Both the position numbers and the translations under genes were made by a program. A stretch of 64,000 bases of DNA from the human T2T-CHM13v2.0 reference genome, Homo sapiens. How positions within the stretch are numbered: the stretch's first letter is position 1; each line of letters begins with the position of its first letter. Positions 14,636-29,063 of this stretch are shown piece after piece. A model generated the notes under the pieces. The model was not told where the DNA came from. It did no database searches and was given only the letters and a program-made list of their open reading frames with translations. The stretch lies in NCBI RefSeq assembly GCF_009914755.1, contig NC_060926.1; one strand, 5' to 3'.

Positions 14636-14844
14636 TGAAAAGTATTCATAATGTGTCCCTCCCTGTATGGGAAGTGCATAGAGTATGGCCTAGTAGAGTT
14701 ATTTGGAGGAGTCATTTTAAGAAGTGTATAAAAATGTTTTACTAATATATATCAGTTTAATAATTGCCAAAGTAAATGAATGCTTCTGAAATGCACGTTT
14801 GGAAACGGTTAAAAGATTTTTTTGGCACATTCTTCTAATTGGAT

Positions 14845-15310
14845 CAACTTGGTATAGGTTTGGCTGCTTGTAAGAGATAATCAAACATATACTAACTTAA
14901 CCAAAATAGAAGTTCGTTTTTCTTAAGTGACATTAGTCTGAAGGTAGGACTTCACAGTCTTCAGAGGCCTAAGCTCATTTTTCTTCCTCTCAAACATCCT
15001 CAGCTTGTGACTTTCATCCTTCTATTTGTTGCTTCATGGTCTTGAGATGGCTGCCTCACTTCCAGCATCCTAACTACATGCTAGGGAGAAGGATAGGAAG
15101 ACCAAAAGGCATAAGACACATGCCAGCTAAATCAGGTTCCTCCAAGAGCTTTCCCAAACCCCCTAGAGATTTTAACTTATAGCCTATGGGTCATAACTGT
15201 GAAAAATGGCTGCTCCCTCCTGCAAGGGAATGTGGAATCACTGTGTTTTTAGCTGAGCCCATTGCCACCCCTAAATAAAGTTGGGGTTCTGTTTTTAAGA
15301 CAAAGGATGT
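14845..15310 (-). mobile_element. Old MLT1-family MaLR LTR
   Basis: GGTTTGGCTGCTTGTAAGAG...ACTTAACCAAAATAGAAG...CATGGTCTTGAGATGGCTGCC, typical of old MLT1 LTRs. Confidence 0.55.
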
Positions 15311-16158
15311 ATTTCCCCCATATCCATTTTCCATTAATATATAGTTTTGGTTACTGGTAAAATCTTTAAAAATTCAGTGTGATTGGTTAGTCTAAGCTGA
15401 TTTGTATTCCTAAAGAGCAAAAAGTCTCCTCATTTTATATCTGAGCTTTCTATGGAAAAAAATTATCCTACTTTTAGAAGAGAATGTTACTTGGGAAACA
15501 GATGGGTTTATAACTATATTGTAGTCAGATAGATGTGAAGAGAAAACTGTAGACAGACTTTTCATAATGAAAAATGAAAATAATCCCATGCCCTATTTCA
15601 TCTCACATTCACCCTACAAAATAAGGTTGTCTGAAGTTTTTTTCTGAAAAGATTCTCACTGGAAGAATAGATAGGCATTGAATTAAAGCTTCAACCTTTG
15701 GAATCTCTTCAATTACTAAGCAAAATTTTATCTCACTAATTTAGAAAGGAGGCCTTTAATGAGTTTTTTTTTTTTTTTCCTTTCTTTTCCACTTGTTATC
15801 TTGCTGGAGTCAGCTACACTGAATAGCATGTGGCTCCTCCTGGCTGGTCCATGGAAGGTCTTTGTAAGTTCTCCTAATTCAGTCTCAACAATGCCTCTGT
15901 AGACCAGAATCTGTTCTTCACATTGGCACAAGAAATAATTTGAAAGGTCCTAGAACATGATAGTCCCTCTATCCAAAAACTTACTTTAGACTTGGAGAAT
16001 GTTTATGGGCAGGCTGGAATAGCAGCTCTCTAATTTTAGAGGAGCAAATGATGGTCTTCTTAGTGTCTATTAAACCCAATTTTTCTATGGAAGATAGTTG
16101 ACTTCTGAATCCAGATCGCCATCACCTTGGAATATCCTATTCAAAACCAATTGCATAT

Positions 16159-16193
16159 TACTTCACTAAAAAGCTCTACTTCACTAAAAAGCT
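16159..16193. repeat. Tandem duplication, 18-bp period (TACTTCACTAAAAAGCT x2)
   Basis: Read directly from the sequence. Confidence 0.9.
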
Positions 16194-16529
16194 TCATAGA
16201 ACATAGCATTCATTTCACCCTCTTAAAGAAATAAATAGGGAAAATTCTTTGTCAAAAATCAGACTATATCAAGACTAACTGGAGACTGCAATATTAAAAA
16301 ATACTTAGTAACTGGCAGGTATAGATTTTGTAAGTCACAAACTCAAGGTAGAACAAAGTATTAACTTTCATCTTTTTTTATAAATTAATTTGGTTTATAT
16401 TCTTTTTTACCTAATTGTGGAAAATCTTATTTAATTATTTGTGAGCCCACTGAATGACATTCTGCTTTTTCAGTTATTTCATGTTGAATACACTAAAATG
16501 TGAGATTTTTATTTTTGCCCTTTATATTA

Positions 16530-16930
16530 ATTGGAACAACCCTTGTTTCAGCAACAAATACACTCCCAAATCTTGGTGGCTTGATACAATGAAATTGTAT
16601 TTCTTGCTCATGAAAAGTTCTACGTGGTTGTTCCCAGTTGGCAGGTGGCATTCCATGTGATCATTTATGGATTCAGGATTCTTCAGTCTTGTGGCACCTC
16701 TTGCTTCTAGGTACTCAGAGTCAGCTGATGATGGAAAAAGACATCATGAAGAATTACACCTACCTCTTCAGCCCAGAAGTGACATACATGGCTGGCTTAT
16801 ATTTCAATGGTGAGAAATAGTCATATAGCCCCGTTAGATGCAACGGAAGGCTGAGATATTCCCCTAGCTGGGCAGCCACTTCCTAGAAGGCAACATGAAT
16901 TTTGGTGGTCACCAAGCTGTCTTTGCCTAC
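16530..16930 (-). mobile_element. Old MLT1-family MaLR LTR
   Basis: CAGCAACAAATACACTCCCAAATCTTGGTGGCTTGATACAA...TATTTCTTGCTCATG...CAGCCCAGAAGTGACA. Confidence 0.55.
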
Positions 16931-17373
16931 CTTTTATCTTTGCAGTTGAAGCAATTTAAAAACATATGTTATCTTTTTGCCAATTATTGTTTAAAAATTA
17001 AATTAGAGAACTGAGAGGATTTAATTTTAGGGGGGAGTAAATTCCATTATGTTGGTGCTATGATTGATTCTATTTTGCACATACTTTTTCTTCTACTCAC
17101 AGAGCCAAGAGAAACTTCAGTATAGATTTTCCAGTTGTTACATCATAGTATCTAGGATTCCAGTCTCTTTTACATTTTAAACAAAGCATCCTAAATTGCA
17201 ACAGTTCTACATACTAGGAGGAGCATGGATGATCAATATGAACTTTAAAAGGGTTATTTCTGAACCCATTCTGATGGTAGCATCCAGCTAATATCCAGCT
17301 AACATTTCTGTATTTCAGGTAGGATATAAGAAGGGACAAGGAGAAAGGGGTAGAGTCTATATCAAGAAAGAAA

Positions 17374-17678
17374 GCTGGTTGTGGTGGCTCACACCCACAT
17401 CCCAGCACTTTGGGTGGCCAAGGTGGGAGGACGGCTTGAGCCCAAAAATTTGAGACCAGCCTGGGCAACATAAAGAGTTCCTATCTCTACCAAAACAACA
17501 AAAAAAGTCAGGCATAGTGGTGCATGCCTCTGGTCCCAGTTACTTGGGAGGCTAAGGCGGGTGAATTATTTGTGCCCAGGAGTTCAAGGATGCAGTGAGC
17601 CATGATCACGCCACTGCTCTCCAGCCTAGGTGACAACAGAGCAAGACCCTCTCTCTCAGTAAAAAATAAATTTAAAAA
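17374..17678 (+). mobile_element. AluJ
   Basis: Diverged dimer with AluJ features (GCTTGAGCCCA, GAGTTCAAGGATGCAGTGAGCCATGATC). Confidence 0.9.
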
Positions 17679-17961
17679 AGTTCTCATAAATCCTTAGTTA
17701 ACATCTTACTATGTATCTAATTGCCTGGAATTGTTATATGGCTATTTACAGCAGCAAGGGAGGAGGCTGGAGAAACATAGCTTTTAAATTGGATTCATAG
17801 ATGTTTCAAACAAAACTCAGTTCTCTTGGTAAGGAAGAAGGAAGGAAAGATATGTGGCAGGCAAATAACAATTTCGGCCTCAATATTAACAGCCCAATTA
17901 ATCAGCCTGAAGTGATTATAAACTTGTTTTACACTTTCCAGAGGATTTAGTATTGTGGGTA

Positions 17962-18002
17962 TGTGTGTGTGTGTGAGACAGAGAAAGAGAGAGAGACATA
18001 CA

Positions 18003-18048
<46 letters not shown>
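17962..18048. repeat. Compound microsatellite (TG)n-(GA)n-(CA)n-(GA)n
   Basis: Read directly from the sequence. Confidence 0.95.
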
Positions 18049-18053
<5 letters not shown>

Positions 18054-18606
18054 CAATGGAAGAGACTTGATATTATAAGAAAATTGGGGATGGAGAGGAC
18101 AAAGAATAAGCTCTAGAAAAAGACAATTTCAGAATATTTTGAGATAAACCCCAAATAAACGATGAAGGATATTCTAGAATAATGGAGAAATAGATTACAG
18201 TTCAATAGAAACACAAAGTGGTCTGAAAAATATATCACTGGAGCAGATATGTTTATGATTAGTGCCCTGTGTTGGAACTGAGAAGGACGAGGCTCAGGCA
18301 GGATACTGTCCTTAGTAATAATGCCTGAGGAATCTGCTTATTCCAAGTGATCTATTTCATAAGGGAGCTGAGGAAAAGCAACTGTTCTTTAGTGATTCCA
18401 CAATCCAAAGTCCAGTTTGTCTATCTAAATATATGGACAATAAATAAAAAGATCAAAGAGGATGTTTTACCAGACAGGCCAGCTAATGTGGTGACTAAGG
18501 TGGATGGCCAACACAGATGAGGTCCTCTAGCTCTAGTCAGTGTTGGGGTTTTAAGTGTCAGTTGCTGTTTTACACTACATATGTTGCTTTGAATCCGACA
18601 TCTAGC

Positions 18607-18634
18607 AAGAAAGAGGAAGGGAAGGGGGGAGAGG

Positions 18635-18680
<46 letters not shown>
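18607..18680. repeat. Polypurine tract ending in (GA)n
   Basis: Read directly from the sequence. Confidence 0.95.
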
Positions 18681-18683
<3 letters not shown>

Positions 18684-21373
18684 TTAATTGGTGTTGAGGA
18701 TGAACCCCTAGGCAATCTAGAAACTGCTTTCATTTAAAAGAGTTATGTAACCTAGTGTTTAATGAGTCAGGGGTTTTGTAGATTTATAATTTTGCCTTTC
18801 TGCATTTTTCAGTCTTGGATTCTCTTCTGAACCTGCAGGGATATGTACAAAGTAGTTGTTCTACTTAGTCCAGGAAGAAGCACCCCCAAAATTTTCTGTT
18901 CTCCTTACCAGCTGCCTGACTTCGTTATGCACACGCACACCCACCACTAGAACTTCTCAGTTTTGAAATTAAAAGAGAATCATCTAGGTCAGGACATGAG
19001 TGTGGATGGGAGGATGCAGGGAGGCAGGCAACTGGAAAGAAGGAAGAGCTAAGTGTTCAATTTTTGTCCTTTCTGGCATTTTCTCTTTTCCAAGTTGGTT
19101 TCCCAAGTGAGATCTCAGAACACACAGTCCCTGGTTAACTCTCCAGTACATTAGATTATCTCTGATTTCACCCTAAAAGGCCTAAATGGCTGGCACAAAT
19201 GTACTGTCGTTTCTTTTCTGGGATCCCCACATCTAATTTTTAGTCAATCTCCACATAGTTAGCTTTCTCAGGAACTCCCTTCTAGATCTGTGGATAAGTC
19301 TCAGACCAGATCAAGAGTTTACTTTTACACCCACTTATTTTGGCCAGTGTTCTAGTATCATTGAATTGCTTACAGGCATGAGAGATCTTTATGCTATTTC
19401 AAGCCTCTGTGAATATGCTCAGGCTGCTTTCCATCAAGGGCATTCATCTTCCCTCGTTCCACCAAGACCTGGCTTCACCATTCCATCCTCAGTCCTTTCC
19501 CAAAAGTCAAAGGACACTGATACACTACTAAGTGTCAATTACACCTATTATTGATTAGGTTTAAGAACCAGTTCTTTCAGACTGCCTTTCCTGATTCCTC
19601 TACCCCCATCTTAGTGGAAAGGATTCCCGCTCACTGGGATGGTGCTGTGGACTATAATAAAATTCTAATGTGCTTATACTTTGTTAAACATATTTGCCTA
19701 TATGTCACCAATCTCAAGTAATTAGCTAATTATTTGAAAGCAAAGATTGTGGATTATTCATCTTTGAATTTTCAGCACCTAAAACAGAGCCTTACAAGAA
19801 CACAGTATGCATTCAACTATAGTTCTTTGCCATTAAAATTGTAATTATTGATAGAAATGAAGATGAACCCTATCTATTTTAAGAAAGCCAAATACATGCA
19901 AGCATAGATTTATTGAATAGAAAATACTAGGGATAATGATATGTCCTATAAAAAGATGCTCACTTTGTAAGAGATCACCAGGTTATCATAGAAAATATCA
20001 TCTAAAAATTATCTTTACACTCAGTTCACTCCAGAAAAAAATTATTTCTTAAAATAAGCAACATCAATACTTCAAAAATCCAATTGAAGGCAATTGTTTG
20101 TTTTTTTAAAAAAAATTATATCTGGTTATAGTAGCAGCTCCAGTTTGACTATTATCTGCCTATTTTATTAAATCCATGTATAAGAATTTAAAATTACCTC
20201 TCTTTTGAGAAGCTAGACATTGGTAGTCTATTTTATAAAATACGCTAAAAATTATAGAAATGACATGTAGACTTTATGACATATCTTTAAATTCAATATT
20301 TTTGTCCTATATTATATATGATGTTTTAGTTTCTCAAAACTCTGACATTTGGTTTATTATTTTATTGCTATAGCAATCCTGTAATAGGTGTTGAACATAT
20401 TTCATGACTCTACCCCACAGTTCCCTTTAAAAACACATGGAGGAAGAGTGCACATGACTCTTCCCAAATCTCACAGTTAGATTACTGACTGTTCCCTTCT
20501 AATTTATTTACTTACTTTTGGAATTTATGTTTGCCCATGATAGGCCTCCATTCTGTTCAATGTGCTCAGTACATTTATTAGTGTATCAGCAATTCAAGCA
20601 GTCAACAAACACTTCTTCTGTGTCACCCTTTGTTTATTGTTTCTGCAAAATCTTCAGGCATTTTTAGTCAGATTTTCAAATTAAGCTATTGTACTTTGAA
20701 CCCAGCTTTAGCAGTGCTATACTCAAATAGCAAATCTTAGCTCCCTCCTACATTTTTGTGTTAATATCTATGAGTACATAGAACTCTAAACCAGCAGAGT
20801 GCTCTCTGCTTAAGGCCAGAGTTCTCCTGGAGGTGGAGAACTAAGGTTATATTTTCTGTACTGCTTAATCCAGACCGAACTTTTTCTGTTTGTTCTTTTG
20901 GCCTCATCTCTTTCCCACCCCCTCTTCACAGCCCATGCCCCTCGCCCCGCTCCCAGGTTTTCAGTTGAAGAAAAGACCTGGAAAAATTAGATAACTTGCA
21001 TGAGGTCACAAAGCTAGTTGGCAGCAGGGCTGGGCCAATAAATAGGATTTCTTGACTAGAGTCAAATAAATGAAAAATCAATATAACTGAAATGAACAAC
21101 AAACAATCAAGATTTGTTTTTGTGGATACAGCTGGATTACAAAAATTTTAAAATGTATTCCACTTAGCAAAACCTCTAAACATGTTCTTTATAGTGACAG
21201 TATATATTCTGAGACTTCCTCTTCTTGTTCTTGTAAAAGAAGTTGATGAGAACGTTGGGCTAATGGCAGATAAATGTGAATCATAATTTATATTTGTATA
21301 AGTATGTCAATAGTTTAGAAAGATTATTTGATCCTCTAGAAGCTTGGATTCTTACCAAATCCATGTGAGGTGG

Positions 21374-21796
21374 CGCTATGGTTTGGATATTTGACCCTCC
21401 AGATCTCAGGTTGAAATCTGATTCCCAATGTTGGAGGTAGGGCCTAATGGGAGGTGTTTGGGTCATGGGTGGATCCCTCATGAATGGCTTGGTGCCATCC
21501 TTGCAGTAATGAGTGAGTTCTCATGCTATTAATTCCCAGAGAGAGCTGATTGTTAAAAAGAGCCTGGAACCCTCTGCTCTCTCTTGTTTTCTCTCTTACT
21601 ATGTGATCTTTGCACACACTGGCTCCCCTTCACCTTCCACCATGAGTGGAAGTTTCTCAAGACCCTCACCAGAAGAAGGTGCCAGCACCATGCTTCTTGT
21701 ACAGCCAGCAGAACCATGAGCCCAATAAACCTTTTTTGAAAAATAAATTACCTACCCTCAGGCATTATTTTATAGCAACATAAAGAGACTAAGACA
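21374..21796 (+). mobile_element. Solo MST (MSTB-like) MaLR LTR
   Basis: GCTATGGTTTGGATATTTG...GGGCCTAATGGGAGGTGTTTGGGTCATGG...TTATAGCAACATAAAGAGACTAAGACA. Confidence 0.88.
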
Positions 21797-23359
21797 GGCG
21801 AGTAAGGCAGTCATTTACCTGATTCCATGCTCCTGTTAAGATGGAGCCCAGGATTCATTCCAGGTAGTGGAACCCTGTGTGTTGCACTCTATGCAACACT
21901 TCACACTGTAGGATTCTACTAACCCAGTGCAGTGCTACAAGGATGTGAGGTGAAAAATAAGAGAGAAGAACATCAAATTCTAACCCAACCCTGCCACAGA
22001 GAATCTCTGTTACCACTCAGGCTCCCACTTTGAATTTTGAAAGTGAAGATCATGATTTCAAAGATGGGCTCAGACTTGTGAAATCTAGTGATGAACAGAT
22101 ATTCAGAAATGCCAAGCTCTGATATTATTGTGAGTAACAATTAGTTCCCAGATGATTTTTATTTTGGGGAAGAAAATCTCAGAAGTGATTAGTCAACTAG
22201 CCGAACAGCTGCAAAAGTCTTCATATTTGAAGACATTGCCCTCTTTTCAGAGGACAGGCAATAGAGCTCCAAATGCAAGCAGATTTTGCACACACCAGGA
22301 ATTACTCTGTCAGCAGGCTTAATTAGGTAGAAAAAGTTTCCTCTGATTCCAATAGTAAGGCACATTATAAATCAATGACTCACAGAATTTAGAGGTTGGA
22401 GGAAACCCCGATTTTGCTATTGCCCCACTTGGCTAACTTAGCAAGTACAGAAGATGGAATTTGACTTCCATTAGTGTTCCTTTTAAAGAAAAAATATTTC
22501 TAGAACACACCCAATCTTTCTTTAGTAATGTAAAACATTTTAAATTTAACACGTTAGTGGTTTGACGTTTAATATTTTGAGCCCTAATGAATTCTGTTTT
22601 ATTTAATAGACAATAACATTTGATATATTATACTTATGAATGCTTAAAACACGTAAGTTAGGCCATTTTTTAACACAAACTTATTATACAGAACAAAGCA
22701 GAAAAAAATATCACTTATAACACCACATGCTGACCATATTCTCTCTATAATCCTGGTTCCTTAGCATTCAGGGCAAATTTTGTAGGGGAAAGTGGGACTA
22801 ATGATATTTCCCTCAGGGAATTGTTGTAAACTTTACTGGGAAAATATATGTTAATAACTGGCACATGATAGGTGGTCAATAATGTTCATTTCTAACCTTC
22901 TTGCTGCCCTCATGTAAAGACAGGAATTTTTATCCCTAGTAAGCCAAAGGAGGACTACTTTTAGCCAGGTAAATCTTCAGATTCAACTAGATTAGAAATT
23001 TTTTCTTTGAGTTTTTTTTAGAAAATTCTTTTGTATTATGATTTATCTGTTAAAGGAAAGGTAGGAAGGTTGGAAGTGTTCCTTATTCATATAGAAAGCC
23101 CACTTTCAGTGTATGTGCTAGCCAGTGATCCACTGATTGATTGAGCTTCCCAAGTATCCTTACTTCTGATGTACTTAGCCATCTGCTGTGTCCTAGCTAA
23201 CCCTAGCTAAGAGCAAGGAATATTCACTGACCACCCAGTTCTTCTTCTCCTTCTCCCCCCATCTTCTAGAAGTAAGCACTCAACTCAATCCTTGTGGATA
23301 ATTGAAGGTCTGGGAAATATATAACATGGACAATATTACACTGTATGATCAGTGTTGTA

Positions 23360-25259
23360 TTAAGCCTTAAAAATGTAGCATATAAATTTGTTTTTGTCAA
23401 ATGGAAAGACAGAATAAAACGGATACATTGGATTTTAAAGGAGAATAACACCACCTCCTTCTCTGGTGGACTGAGACATGTTTTTGGGAAAAGTGGGATT
23501 TGGATAGAAAAATGGAGGTGGGGACATCACTGAGAAGAATGTATAGTAAAGGGAAAGAGTGAACTGGTTAATCCTCCTTGAAAGAAAAAGAAAAGGAGAG
23601 GAGTATCCCAGAAAGAAGGAAATGGTCAGTTTATCTGGAGTTAAGCATTTGTGTATTATCATGATTAATCACAGGAACAGTTGCCAAGCTTTCATTATAA
23701 AAATATTCTCCAGGAGAATTCATCAAGTTCCATTGCCTATTAATTTCTGTCCATGCATTTTATTTGGCATCTTCAATGACAGAGGACACTTTTAAAAAAA
23801 AGAAATGAAGACAAAAGAAAAAGTTCATTAGAGAAATAATGTATGTGTGATATTTAAAAATTAAGCCACATCATCATCCTAAGAAAACTACGAGACTTTA
23901 GTTTTAGTATAAACTTGCAGTGTGTTCTTGAGATTTCTAAATATAAGGCTTAACATTTTTTCCTTAATACACATCGATTTGGCATCTCATATGTATTATT
24001 TATCAGGAAATTATAAAACAAAGTAAAATGATGTTTTACTAAAATGCACATCATTTTTAGATATGGGATTTTAAAACTTGATTTATAATCCTACTTTTAC
24101 CATGAAATACTCTTTTGTTGTATGACCTTGAGTACATTTCCCATCTGTGAATCTGTGTAATCATGTACAAAAATAAATGAGACAAAACCTAAGTGCATTT
24201 TAACCTCTTCAAATTGTAAAAAGTGTATAATATTACATTTTCAAAAGAAAACACAATCCTTTTTTATTTATAGCCTTTTTGAAAACCGTGTTAATAATAA
24301 ACAGAATCTGCAAAGTTCAAATCATTTTTTTTTTTTGTTAGGTGGCATGAGACTTTTTTTAGGACTACAAACCAGCATCTAGCCTAGTTAAATCTTAATT
24401 TCAAAACCAACTTCCTAAAGAAACTTAATGAGATAAAGGAAGATTTTAGAAGGAGATCTTCTTTCTGTTCCTGGTGGGGAATAGCAAGGACTCCTGAAAT
24501 ATGTATAATTTAACACTGATAACAACACAAGGCTTAGCAGTTCCAAAGTGTATCACAGATAAAATCACACTTGACCTAAATGACCTTATAAAAGCTAATG
24601 TTGTATTCAAGCCTCACCACTGAAACTGGTAAAAGTATGGCTCTCTTAGGAATGTGTGCCATCTTCCATGTGGAGGACATACCCACTGAGGGACAACTGC
24701 TGATGAATGGTTACTCCACTTCTGAGCATAGCCAAAGAGTCCCTCCGGTCAGGTTATCATCTCTTCTCAGTTCCTCAATAGGAAGACTGAGCTCCAACTC
24801 TGAATCAAAGTGAGTTAGAGAGAACATTTGCAGATATAAACTAGCTCAGACTACTGATTAAGCAGACTACTGATTAAGCATTACTGTTTCATCTCTAGCA
24901 ATAGAAGTGATGGTTTGTGTGTTTTTCTTTTTTAGAATCCCTGCAAGAAAGCCTATGGCAAGTTTCTGCATATTACTGGTTTCTCACAGCCCTGAGAAAC
25001 TCTTTCAGACATTTTCTTAAGCCTGGGACCTATATGGGCATGAAATTCTAGCTACACATGAATAAATAATATCAGTGCTAATAGTGCATACACTTTTTGT
25101 TGTGAGGTAATTTTGTCCTAAATACCAATTGCTATACATTTTTAATTTCCCAGAATAAATCAAACTTTCCTTTACAAAGTGGCTAATGAAAGAGTAAGCC
25201 CTTATTCTGTTTTTCCATTTGACAAAAACAAATTTATATGCTACATTTTTAAGGCTTAA
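23360..25259. repeat. 58-bp inverted repeat pair (23360-23417 and 25202-25259), 57/58 identical
   Basis: TTAAGCCTTAAAAATGTAGCATATAAATTTGTTTTTGTCAAATGGAAAGACAGAATAA and its reverse complement; also visible as the shared peptide LSLKNVAYKFVFVKWK in opposite-strand ORFs. Confidence 0.95.
24847..24880. repeat. Tandem duplication, 16-bp unit CAGACTACTGATTAAG x2
   Basis: Read directly from the sequence. Confidence 0.9.
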
Positions 25260-25431
25260 GAACATAGAAGACTCTCTATTTCCCAAAGTAGATGTGAATT
25301 TTCTAGTTTCCAGTACAACTTTTTAATATTTAAAGTTTAGTAAATTGTGGAAGCCAAAATAAAGCTATGATTTTACAAAACATAATTCATAATAAATCTT
25401 TATTCCAAATCATTTGTAGTTAACGATAATA

Positions 25432-25625
25432 TAGTGAAAAAATCATAGGAAAACTCAGACAGATCTGGAGTGAGATTCTGGCTCTACCAATTAATAGTAT
25501 TATGGCTTGCAGAACTTGCTTAAATTTCATGAGTCTTTGATCTTATCTGTTAAATGGAGATGATATTCTAAAATCATAGGATTGTAAAATAAGATAATGA
25601 GGTAATGTGTTCAGCATATCAAAGG
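25432..25625 (+). mobile_element. MIR SINE
   Basis: CAGACAGATCTGGAGTGAGATTCTGGCTCTACCA...CTTATCTGTTAAATGGAGATGATA. Confidence 0.65.
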
Positions 25626-26067
25626 CATTCAGAAAATACTACTCTTCTTTTCCACTGTCCTTAATCAAGTTGAAAGCATAGAGTGGGAATTTAATGAATG
25701 CATCACTGAAAAACAAAAACAATAAAACCTTTATGATTTTATCCTAGGCCTTCTATTTTTCTCACTTTATAAACTTCTAGGCCATATTGATCACTTTGTT
25801 GGATACAGTTACCACCTATGTGCTGATGGTCTCCAAATTCCTATTTCTGGTTCAAATACATTTCCTGTTCTTTAGACCCTTATGTGTGCTTTTTAGTATA
25901 TGTCTCTGTTAAACTTACTTTAAATTCAACATTTCCAGAGCTGAGTTTCACATTCACACAATTGCACTCCCTCCTACCTTTAAAAAAATACAATGGCAAA
26001 CAATTGGCTTCTCTTGCTTTGTTTCCTAGCATAGGTGCCAAAGCCAGAAATTTGGGTTACAACTTAG

Positions 26068-26664
<597 letters not shown>

Positions 26665-26789
26665 CCCAGAAAGACCTTTCTAAATATAAAACAGGTTGTG
26701 TCTCTTCCATGCCTAAAGCCCAGGCCTTTCATTGTCGTAACCTGATTTATTAAGACATATCTTTAACATGCTTTACTTACAACAAGGTG

Positions 26790-27235
26790 CACTTTCTAGA
26801 TGCTACCCTCACCCACAGGAACTCAAACATTCATTGTGGTATTGCAGCCAAGAGCTCTTAATTGTGGCCCTTCCTGGGACTTTTCCTAGGCAGAAGAGGA
26901 CCTGCTTGCCCAAGGTCACGTCCTTCCTGGTGGGTAGCCTATATAGACTATGTCCAATGCATGCACCACTTGGGGTATAAAATTCTAGCCCCCATCCCAA
27001 ATGGGAACAACTCTGAAGGTCCATTCCAATGTCAGAGTTCTCCATGAAATTGTCGGAATCCTTTGTTGCGACTATATTATAGCCAAATTTCTGCCCCTGC
27101 ACTTACAGAGAGAAGGTGAGCAGTTGGCTTTCATTGCTTCCCCACAGGTATAGACCTTGGAAGCTCTGCCCATAAACATCCCATATGAAAACCTCAACCT
27201 CTGAGTCTGTTTCCAAGAGACTCTGCCTTTGACTC
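26790..27235 (+). mobile_element. Old ERVL LTR (LTR16-like)
   Basis: 3' end CCCATAAACATCCCATATGAAAACCTCAACCTCTGAGTCTGTTTCCAAGAG resembles LTR16-type ends. Confidence 0.5.
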
Positions 27236-28582
27236 AAGACTTTAGACTTTTCTATGGACTATTTAGCATTTAAGCATCACACTGCATCACTTCTTCCCTT
27301 TGCATTCTATATTCTGCCCAATCTGAGCTAATTTCACTTCTTCAAATATATGGTGCTCTACCTGTAGGCCTTAGCACTTGTCCTTTCTTCTATCTGAGCA
27401 CTCCCCTACCTCACTCTTCTGGTTTCTGCTTAACTGGTTTCAGGAGGCTCAGACCCAGGTACTAGTTAAGTGCCTCTCCTTCGTGCTTTCCTGGTACTTC
27501 CTTCTTTAGAGCACTCACCACTTGCATGTTGTATTGGCCATTTCTAGGCTGTATTATTGACTGGCTGTAGGCTCTGTGAGGAAAGGGAATTGTTTGCATT
27601 ATATCTTAGTACATTTCACAACGTTTGGCAAATGCTAGTCTCTCAAAAATATTTGCTGAATGACTGAAAGGGTGAATGTTTTATTTAAAACTGGATTTAC
27701 ATTGGTTGTAATTAAGAAATTTATGGAAGAGGAATTTACATGTTTATTTAAGAATGATCATGCATATTTTGCTTGAGAACTTTAGTCTTTGTTGAATATA
27801 TGTGTGAGTGCTTATACGTTTGTGTATTAATTCAGACACAAATAATCATTAGCCCATATATTATTCAAACACAGGTATTAAAACAAATCTCATAATGCAT
27901 AATCCTTCATAGAAGTTGCTCAAAATGTCAATTCAGTTTCTGCTAAGAGCTTAGTTTTAACTATATTAATTGTATTTTAAAAATAGCTCTTCCATTAAAA
28001 CCTGACTTTAGAAAGTGTCAGAACTTATAGTTGTACTCTCTTTCTACTCTCCTTCTGCTGTTCCTAACAATAGATTTCTGGGAAATTAAGGGCCAAAATA
28101 GATAAAATCCTGTCAAGGAGGTTATACAGTGGTCCAAGAAATTAAATGGCCCAGTAAAGATGTTTGAATTAGTATGTCCCTAGTCTTATGCTATAAAATG
28201 GAAAAAAATAGGCAATTATATATAAATGCCATCCTCCAACCTGATTATCACAGTTGGGTTACCTAGAAGTGGGGCAGATTCTTGTACCAAACACCAGTTG
28301 GATTTTGAGACATCAGATGCTCCCCTAGGGAAAAGGGAAGGACTTTCTACGCATTTCTAGGTGACAAGGTTGCTCCTATTGGCCTATGGCAATTTTACAG
28401 AAGAGGGGAAGCTCTGAGCTATTGATATCAACATTGACAGGAGGGGGAAATTTGCACACTGTTCTAATAAAGGGGATTTAAATGGAGACCAACATACATT
28501 ATGCTATTCCCATGCCTCTGTGCTGTGTCTTTTGATAACTACAGCCTATTCTTGCTAATTGCTGGCTCCCTTATTTAGACTT

Positions 28583-29063
28583 TGGATTAGTCAAGGTTCT
28601 CCAGAGAAACAGAACCTATATCTATGTATTTAAATATCTATTTATTTATTATTGATTGACTTATTATGAGATTATGAGGCTGAGAAGTCCTATAATTTGC
28701 CGTCTGTAAGCTGGAGACCCAGGAAAGCTGGTGGTGTAATTTTGCCTGAGTCTGAAGGCTTGAGAACCAAAGGAGCCAATGATGTAAATCCCAGTCCAAG
28801 CACAGGAGAAGATGAAATGTTACAGCTCAAGCACTGAGGCAGGAAAAGAGGGGCAAGTTCCTCATTCTCTCCACCTTTTGTTCTATTCAGGCCTTCAAAA
28901 GGATTGGATGCCGCTCAACCACATTAGAGAGGGAAATGTACTTCACTGATTCTATAGGTTCAATGCTAATCTCATCCAGAAACACCTTACAGAAACACCC
29001 AGAAACAATGTTTAATGTGGACACCCCTGGACTACTCAAGTTTACATATGTAATTAACCATCA
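28583..29063 (-). mobile_element. MLT2 (ERVL) solo LTR
   Basis: TTAGTCAAGGTTCTCCAGAGAAACAGAACC...GCTGGAGACCCAGGAAAGCTGGTGGTGT...AATTAACCATCA. Confidence 0.85.

Noticed and set aside
21878-21900. Small hairpin GTGTTGCA-CTCTA-TGCAACAC
   Set aside because: An 8-bp stem is expected by chance in 64 kb.
23360-25259. The 58-bp inverted repeats as TIRs of a novel DNA transposon
   Set aside because: No TSD, no transposase remnant, and the identity is too high for primate DNA transposons, which are long extinct.
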